Origin: Orbicella franksi
Lineage: Eukaryota
Assembly (NCBI GenBank): GCA_964199315.1
Contig: OZ116698.1
Location: 10,788,001 to 10,852,000 of the forward strand
Length of the DNA: 64,000 nucleotides
Direction of reading: 5' to 3'
The notes under the pieces were generated by a model. That model ran no database searches, had not been told where the DNA came from, and saw only the letters and a program-made list of their open reading frames with translations. This document shows, piece by piece, positions 55,085-64,000 of the stretch. Positions within the stretch are counted from its first letter, which is position 1. Each line of letters opens with the position of its first letter. A program made the translations under genes and the position numbers.

Positions 55085-55760
55085 TTAAATATGCAAATTA
55101 GCCAAATGATAATGTCATAAACTCAACCAAATTTTGATCAAAGATGAGGAAAAAAGAGATCTCAACCATTTTGAATCAGAAATGTTTGATTCTTTGCAGT
55201 ATGATTCTACTAGAAGTGCTCTACAATATGAGCTTAACAGTTTTGCTACCATGGACACATACTGGGTTCCAGACGTTCCCGATATAAAAGCATTTTCTCA
55301 CCACCTGTGGCATTCCATTTTGATGTTTGCTAAATGATGCCTATCTGCATGATCCAGCAAGTATATTAATATGTTAGGTTGAGTTTGTGACCTGTTTAAT
55401 GTTTTTAGAGTTGAAAATCACTAAAACATTAAAATCAGATTGGATGGGACTGGAAAAGAGTGAATTGCCATGAAAACAGACTGATTTATAGCCATAGACG
55501 TGTTGCCGGTAGCCTACCAAGTTATAATGGTCTCTGCTGCAAATTAGAGCTCTATTTATATACTTGATGTAATGTTGGGTTGAGTGTATGATGTCATCAG
55601 TCCTCTCCTTGGCACACTTTACACATCTTTCAAACTTAAATATCCTCAGAACTAATGCAAATATTTGGTAATGGTAAATGGCATTTTTAATCTTTCGTGG
55701 AATTCTATAGGATAGGCCAAAAAATTCAAGTGGTAAAACATTTGATCACAACATTATAGG
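55085..55760. repeat. Probable non-autonomous interspersed repeat (CpG-eroded)
   Basis: No credible ORF; resembles a coral repeat family from memory only, not verified. Confidence 0.35.
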
Positions 55761-58700
55761 ACTTAAATGATAGTATATTTATACTGAAGTACTTGAAGTA
55801 TATTTTATACTTGAAGTATATTTACACTGAACTTAATCCATTAGCAAACCTGTTTGATTAAAAGAAGGCACTTCAGGAGAAACTCTCTTTTCATATCCAT
55901 CAGCAGTTACAATAGAAAGGAGAAGGAAAAAAGCTATCACAAATCTGTAATAAAATAAAAGTATGTTCAGCAAAAGATCTCTAGCATTACAAAACAAATG
56001 CATTAACAATTGCAAAGCAACCATGAATACCAAGGATGATGCTTCTCCTCCTCTGGATTGAGACCTCTTAAAAAATGAAAAAAATCTACAAGGTATTCAA
56101 AAGCACACCAAAACATGCAGGAGCAAATGCCAATGTTGTCAAATAGAAAAAGTCATGATCGGGTTCATGACCCTGCAAAATCATATTGACTTTAAAAAGA
56201 AGTTGGAGGAAAAGAGCAATTACATCAACAAAAGAAATTTATAAATGGAAAATAATTTAGCTTTACATCAAGGCTTTCAATCACAATTTTTAAAACTTAG
56301 AATTTCTCTGCAACTAGGAGCACATGTTTCAAATTTTGACACAATATAAGTAGTAAACACTGTCCCATATACACCCTTTCTTCATAAGAATATATTTCAT
56401 AAGAATATCTAGTCTGAAATTTGCAAAATTTTGAAGAACATATTTTAAGAACATATTTTACATTGTATTGCAAACTTCTGTGCGTCTCAAAAGAAATCAT
56501 TTCTAACAACACCAAATGTCGAAAACAAATGGTGCCATTCATGTGACACACTTGAAAGTACTGGTGAAATGAAACCGATGATGAAATTAATTTTCACCAG
56601 CAATTTCACAATTTCTCAGAACTTTGAAATTTATTTCCTTTACTTCCCATGGGAAATTGTTTTTGGTGTTATTTCAGGCAAATATTTATATCTTTAGCTT
56701 TAAGAACATGCAGAAAGGACTGTAATTTACTTTAAGTTATTCTGTTACAAGGTTTTTGTCCACTAAAAGTTGAAAATGCTCGATTTCCTTTCGGATTTCG
56801 TCTTAAAACAATATTCTTATATAAAAAAAGTCTAATTAAATTAATTATCTTTAATTTCAAATTAAAATAATTTTCACCCACATAAATTCAACAGTTCATT
56901 ACATTTATCAAATTGACTAAGTAGTAACAAATCTAAAACACATGCAAGTATAAGCATTTGCATATTTTTTTCTTTTTATTTATTTATTTTTTTTTTGACT
57001 GCATATGTATTGTATTTTTTATGATAGTTGTCCTTCTTCTAGACTAACTTCTGTAACCTACATCTAAAACCATGACCGTGGGGGATTCCCTCTATGCAAA
57101 ATAGAAACATTAAACGAGTGGCCAAGGAGAGGTTCTCCAGAAATAACATACAAAACCTGGCACAGAGAAATCACACTTCCAGTTGCTATAAATCCCAGTT
57201 AGTGCACTCCCGTGTTGAAATTTATCTAATTTAAAAAGCGTGATGGGTCCGGTCCAAGATTAATCTTTCTTGTGTATTTACCTTAGAATTACTATTTGGC
57301 TTAACTTCACTTGAAAACAGAGTGGAAAAGTGGCTTACAACATCGTAATGACCATAATGACTTTGAGGTTATCACTGTCAGAGATATTCTTGAAATGTAA
57401 ACATTCGTTTACCGACAAGCCAGCAACCACTCACTTGCTTTTCTGAAACGTAAATATTCTTACTTCGATCATTTCTATGGAAACTTCTAGTAGACACAAA
57501 ATAACCTAATACAAAATATCACAAATCAATATAAGTTGTGACAACTATTTTTCAACGCGCGATTGTATTTGCGACACGTAACCCCTGTGTGAACAAATTG
57601 ATTACACTGATGGCTTTCAAAATACCCATAGCAAAAAAGGGATACAGAATGGGGTTTTGTGCAATGTCGTTCCTACAAACGCCCGCACGAAAGACACTAC
57701 TCACCTTACAAGTTTGCTAGTGAAAAGCCGACGGAAGGACTTCGGATTTCCCACTTTCAAATGGGCAAACACGTCCTTCTTCACAGGGAACGAGGTAATC
57801 ATCGCATCCTCAAGGCAAGGCTTACACAAAGGAATGACACTGGATTAGGTTTCTATCTAAAAGGAACTCAAGAACAAAATCTCACTGTGAAAAAAAGCGA
57901 CATTTCTATATATTTTATTGACAGCTGACGAAACTCGTCACGTTTCGACGAGAACTGTCACGCGGTTCACGGCTCTCGTTGAAAAGGGTGGTCTTTGTAA
58001 GTCTACAAAGCTATGTGATGAAACTACCGCGTAATCAGACGGATTAAGAAACGGAAAACACACAATGGTGATGTGGCGTTGAAAGAAACAGCTCTTTCAA
58101 TGTACCAAGCGATTCCACACTCGTTTGCTTGTGAGAGAAAACTATCTAGCTTTCCTATACTTCCGACGTAGTAACCTTCCTGAACTAAAGTTCTAAGACT
58201 TCTGCAGTCATCAAGATGGCACTTGCACATTATATTTCAAATAAGACAATCTAAGAATTCAAAAGAAATCTTTCTAAAAGCACTCTTTGAGGACGAAATT
58301 GCGCCTACCTGCAGTTTTCAGTCTGGAGAATACTGCCGGCCTCGGTATTTTGAAAAACGCTGCACGCGATCTTTTTCAGTGCAAGCCATGCGTCAGGACT
58401 GGATCCAAGTGGCTTGACTGGGTGTCAAAGAAAGACTACAACAAGGCCTTTGTTGCTTGAACAGGGAACACCTTTGTCCGCTAATATGCTCTGTCGGTGT
58501 GCAGGTTCGCAAAATGCCGACAAAATTGTTTCAAACGCCTTTAAGTTGTTTGAAAGGAGACCAAAATTGCACACTAAGTTAAAGAAATTGAGCGGGTTCC
58601 ATAAATTCTACGCTCAATAACAAGGACAAGGACAAGAAATCTTGGAGGGAAATGCAATCCGTGTGAGGGCTGCGTGACAAAATGTCACGCAGACGTCTGG

Positions 58701-61700
58701 TACCAGCTGAAGGAAAACTTTTGTAAGGAATTCCGCTGAGCCACAGCAAAATTTACAAGATTATAAATTTATCTACCTATATTTGGAAAGATATAAAATT
58801 TTAAAATAAGCGAAAGCTACAATATTACCCATAAATAAATTACCTATAAGGTCAGTCCGTAGAACTAAGCTTTTTTAGAGGATCAGCAAAGGTTCATCTT
58901 GCTGAGTATAAACTTATGAAAAACTTAAGCCTGAGATTTTGCACATATAAAAAACATGTCCCAAGAGTTTTTGTCTGTCTCTTCAATTGCGCCCTGTGGG
59001 GTATTATAAAGCATTTATTTTTTTCCCGCTCAAAGTCTTTTCTTTTCTTGTCCGAAGAAATAAGTCGGAAAAAAAAGACTAGTAGTAACTCGTAGACTAT
59101 AATATTTCTGGCTAACCTGAGCTCTACGCCTATACAGCTACCTCTTACACTTACAAATACATAAAAACCGGCAGCATCATTTATTTTATATGTAAGTTAA
59201 ATGATTAACCTGATTTCTAAGGGACATAAAAAGCAGCAGGTAAATTTTTAAATACAAGCAATAAGGCTTAGTTTGAAGACAAATTCATAAGGTTCTTGGC
59301 TCATGGACTAATAAAATACACACTGTGCGGTTGGTCTATGATACAATAATATCATATTATGTGTCTTGAGACTAATATGACTGAATCTTTCTACCCCTCT
59401 TCTTCTAGAGGCTTCTTTCGCTTCTGTTCCCGGCTTCTAATGCCCCGGGGTTATGTCTGACCGCACAACTGAAATTGATACAGGGCCGAGCTGAACAAAC
59501 TTCCTGCCTGGATATCTTGTTGTTCGACAAACAATTTGCACTTTTGTTTTACAAGAATCTTTATTTCTAAGAACATAGAGGCTGAAACTGGCGAAATTTT
59601 AAGAATATGCTAATAATATACCCAGGGCCGATATTTTTGCGTGTTGACGGAAAATGAAATACAATAAAAACACGAAATTTTACCATCGAAAAGTATGGTA
59701 AATTCCCTCTTTTGAAACATACTAGCTAACAGAGCGATAAAAACTGCGTATAAGGTTATTATATATTGTAAAAGCAACTGCGCAATGTAACACGATACAG
59801 ACGTCATACAGTTTTTCCTGGTCACATCCGTTTTATTTAACTGAAATATATGTATAATGCTTTGTAATATGAGAATGTACACAGGAATATATTTCCCCTA
59901 AAGTCGGCAGAAAACAAGACTTTTTTTGTATTCAGTCTGGGTATGAAAAATGTACATTCTTATAAATATATAAAAAGAGTGTATCCTTGACGCGTTCTAG
60001 CGGCGATACAAACCAAACTCCCATGCGTAAGTCGAGGAAGTCATCGCTTTACCGCTTTACTCTATAAAATGATCTCTGTTTAGAGCTATCTCAGTATTTT
60101 CTAGGACGCTGGGTAACCTTGTGAAAACACGACAACTGTTTAAAAATTTACACCTCTTTTGGGGACGAACATAAATTCGAACCACACCTACAAGACGACA
60201 TATGGGGTTCTTCCTTTCAAATTATCGACGATCACCTCTGTCGCGTTATATGTTACTACGTACATTAGTTGCAACATACAGGTCAGTCATTATATGTGTG
60301 TGTCCTGTGTAAAACTCGGGCCAAGCAAGTAAACAGTTTGCTTTAACTACATGTAATGAGAACATCGTGGTACTTCATCGCAGACTTCCACAAGTATTGT
60401 ACCTAACGGTTGCAGTTCTTCATAAGTCGGTGCGCCGGTCGATTAATATGTAAAACAACCCCGTTCCTCCAACTAAAACGAAAAGAGTCGATTAGAAAAA
60501 CCTTTATCGGCCTCATTCCACCATGGGGTTTAAATCAAGTACTGTTATGAATGGGGGCAACAGAACCACAGGTCATTGGACATTACTGACGCCTAAGAAT
60601 ACTGACAAAGAATGTGCCCCTTTATTTTTCTTCTGTGACTATTTATGTGTCAGTTGTATAGATCAATTCTTTATTGAGAATAAAGAGGTCTTGGGATTAT
60701 ATTTTTCTGAAATCAAAGCTTCACAGAGTATTCCTGAGACGGAACTCAATCCTCGATGGGTTTAGTATTTCTTTCGCTAGAGACCAGATTTTATTTTCAA
60801 CGCAAAATGCAGCTATTTTTATAGATTGCAGAGCTTTTGCACGCGATATGACGTCATTGCTACCTTAGTTCAGCAACTCTCTGTTAGAAAAAGAAATAAT
60901 TATTGCATTTAAGTAGTGGAAACAGTAGACAAGAAATTGTAGTATCTCTGCGGTACAAGGTTTAGTAGCAAGCAGAGAAAGGAAGTAAGCAAAGATCAGA
61001 AATGAAACAAATGTAGGGTACAATTTTATCTTGTTCACAAGCTATCATAGGACCTCCTGTAAATATTCAAATTTTATAAGTACCGTATGTCAATTAGTGT
61101 TGCTATTTTTACTACTATCCCCAATTAGTCTATCTAGGCTAAACACATAGACACTTAAATAAAGGTTTTACTTTTACTTGCTTACCTAGAATAAAAAAAA
61201 ATTTCAGTCTAATTAATAGCAGAGGCCTCTGTTTGTGAATTGACTGACAACACAATCGGGGGCCTTCATAACACTTGCCATCGTGCATGAGTTCTCGACA
61301 GGATTTGCGATAGGATCTGGGTCATGATCATAAAGAAAAGAGGCAAGATCGGAAACTCGTTCTGACACTAATGAAGGACCGCAAAGGCACACACAGAAGC
61401 ACAAATGAAGTCTTCGTGTATTTGTCTTTTCTGTCTACGGGAAGAGAAAATACCTGAAGATAACCAAAACTGTGATAATAAACCACAAACAAGTACATAT
61501 GGCTGATTGTGAGCGATAAATGTTACAAGAATCGCAAGTCACGAAACGGCTTGCAAAGAAGGCTTCTGTACCGGATAACACTCCGTTGAAATGTGGCAAT
61601 GTCCAATATAGATACCAAAATGTTGTCACTGTGGTAGAAGAAACCGCCTCGAATGTAAATGAAAAAAGCGTGGCAAGCACATACCTAGGAAAGCATAGAC

Positions 61701-62269
61701 AGAACATCCTTTCTCCAACAACAGACATCTCGAGTACATATCTAGCATAGCTTTTGCCGCGAATAAGCAACCATTTGTTCTCTCAGACAGTAAACCATTT
61801 GACAAATATTTGAGAGAAATCTGTTTTGAGATCTTGATGATATCCAGCAAATACGCACAAGGGTAAGAAAAGTAAAATTAGCTAGTGGTTACATTTGTAC
61901 ATTGGATTTTCAAACTCAAGTGCTTACTCGTGATAGTCGATAAATATCGGGCCGAAAGGTGTTATCGTCAAGTGTGTCTTAACACCATAAAGTGTAACAA
62001 ACCAAAGGTCAAGCGGTAGAAAATCTTTGTCACGAATCCGGCACAAAAAAAAAACAATATAACCTGTCCTCCAAGTATATAAAAACGGACTGACCTGAAA
62101 CCCTCAAAGAGAAATTCAGTCTACGTTAGATACGAAATTAGTGGAACAAAATGAAACATTGCCTGATGCGACAAGACGGCAATATTTTCCCCTCAGCTAG
62201 TCAATACAGTAAACAGCTTCTTATTGTATTTAACTGATGTCAGTGCCAGCAACCTCTATAACGTATACC

Positions 62270-62900
62270 GATGAGTTACTCGACAAAATCACTAACACGA
62301 TGGCTCATATGAAAAATCCTGTTGCCGCCAAAATAATAGTAGACCAACTGATGCTGGTAAAAAGCAGGCCTGACATGGCAGAGCTCCGGTAGAAAAAAAA
62401 AAGGCCAGTGGCATGGGAAGGCGAGTCCCCAGATTACTGGCAAAGGTCTGTTAGGGCGTCATTGTTCCCTTGGGGCATAAGACAGAAGTCTTGGTCAAAA
62501 GATCAATGACATGATTTTGAAAAAACTCTAGTGACGATTGCAACCAATGTTTAACCCCATTAAAGCTTGTTAACCTCAACCACCATTGCGACAACAACAC
62601 TCTCCGATGGCAGATTCCAGTAGCCAGCGTCAAAATCTGATGAAAAGAGCTGGGATTGAATTTTTCCTCCGCGAGTCACAGCCCTCGAAGTTCTAGTACC
62701 ATGTACCCACTCAAGTGTCACATGATGAGCAATATCGTTAACAAAGCTAAGACTGAATACTATAATCGGCCAAGATGCAAAACTATTAGTCGAGCAAACA
62801 CGGAGCAGTTTCTTTCCACCACGTACCAACGAAAATGCTGCCATTTGGCTTCAAACTCCAGAAATGCAGTCTGTCTATCCCGTCAGCTAACGTTTTGCTC
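62270..62900 (+). mobile_element. Possible very degenerate CR1/L2-type LINE ORF2 linker fragment
   Basis: Only weak similarity (MSNIVNKAKTEYYN, LLDKIT); no catalytic motif seen. Confidence 0.25.
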
Positions 62901-64000
62901 CCCGTATAGTAATCTGTAATGAGCCGGTCTTGCAATTTTCTTCCTAAGAGCATTGAAAATTTGTAACAGACACTGGATCGAAACAGATACCGTAAAGCTG
63001 ACGGGTTAAAGCTAAACCGACATTGATCGTCGAACTCGGAATTTTTCTCCATTTCTAAGATCGATGAGATACGATGGCCTGTAACAATGGTAAGAAATCT
63101 CGTGCTGTGGTCGTGGTTCAGAAATAGCCCTGTCATGTCTGTGCCAAAAGTGCCGTAAAAGCGAAACATTTTCGGAATAGTGTAGTAATTTCGGACGATT
63201 CTGGAAGACAGATCTTTTCAGGACGTTATACCAGCTTTTCTTAGCGTATCTGAGGACATTCGCTACGATATCTATGTTGGCCATGGTTTGTTGAAACCTA
63301 CCTTTTAAGAGCCTGCCTTTCACCCATCGTTGACTTTGGGTATTTCATTACAATACTGTGTAATTTCGTTCGTTTCGTTGACGCAATAATACGGCTCTTC
63401 TGTTTTAAGAACACAAGCGGCGTCGGCAAGCAGTTATGGTTGGCAGTGAGAAGTTTACTTAATGTAAGGTCGTGTTTATAAAAACACATGAAATGTGTTT
63501 TTACTATCAGATGTAAACTGAAAAAGATGTTATTTTAAACGAGTGTTAGATTGTGATTTCCGCGCCAAAAACAAAATTGTATGATGACAGTTTACCAAGG
63601 GAACACTTCACTGACCACTTCATTTACGGTTTGGTTGACTTGTAGTGCAATTGGGAAGTTCGTTGTTGTTTCTTGTCGATACTGGCTCGCCGGGCGATCA
63701 GTTTTTCAGTTTAGTGACGCAGAAGTCGCGTAGCAATTCTGGATATTAACCAACGAGTTAATCAAGCGATTTTACAGAAGTTCTTTATACCACGTTAGAC
63801 CAGCTAGTAATATTCGAGAAAACAGGCGACAAGTCCATTGATGGGCAAATGACAAATAAGGTATCAACATTAGTGCGAGCCGAACAAAATGGTTAAAACA
63901 CGCTATAGTTACAGTTCATCAGTTCAAGTACAGGTATTTATGCCTACACAACTTGCATGTCGTTATAAAGGACACCAAGTGCTTGTTTGAAGTCCATCAG

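Noticed and set aside
57919-57995. Nested hairpins containing CTGACGA (+) and GTCGAAACGT (-), resembling a hammerhead
   Set aside because: The two core halves are on opposite strands; neither strand has CUGANGA-stem II-GAAA in order. At best a decayed terminal repeat.

Overview
Eukaryotic genomic DNA, AT-rich with GT-AG introns; most likely an anthozoan such as a stony coral (inferred from gene and repeat style, not proven). It holds two convergent protein-coding genes. On the + strand is the 3' part of a Cav2-type voltage-gated calcium channel alpha-1 gene (29-16236, 5' end outside the window), ending in the PDZ ligand DDWC, with a probable alternative short terminal exon at 8233-8335. On the - strand is an apparently complete fibrillar collagen of about 70 exons (18860-46782), with TSPN, Gly-X-Y and COLFI domains and a clade C (COL24/COL27)-like C-propeptide; its helix is built from unfused 54/45-bp exons plus five consecutive 18-bp microexons. 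Upstream of the collagen is a CpG-eroded transposon stack: a full-length but dead Ty3/Gypsy LTR element (47378-52089) nested in a decayed DIRS/Ngaro-type element. Introns carry Penelope-like fragments (one with a minimal hammerhead ribozyme), a tRNA-derived SINE, MITEs and tandem repeats. I could not assign a gene to 57.4-64 kb. All exon models were spliced and translated by hand; no database searches were run.
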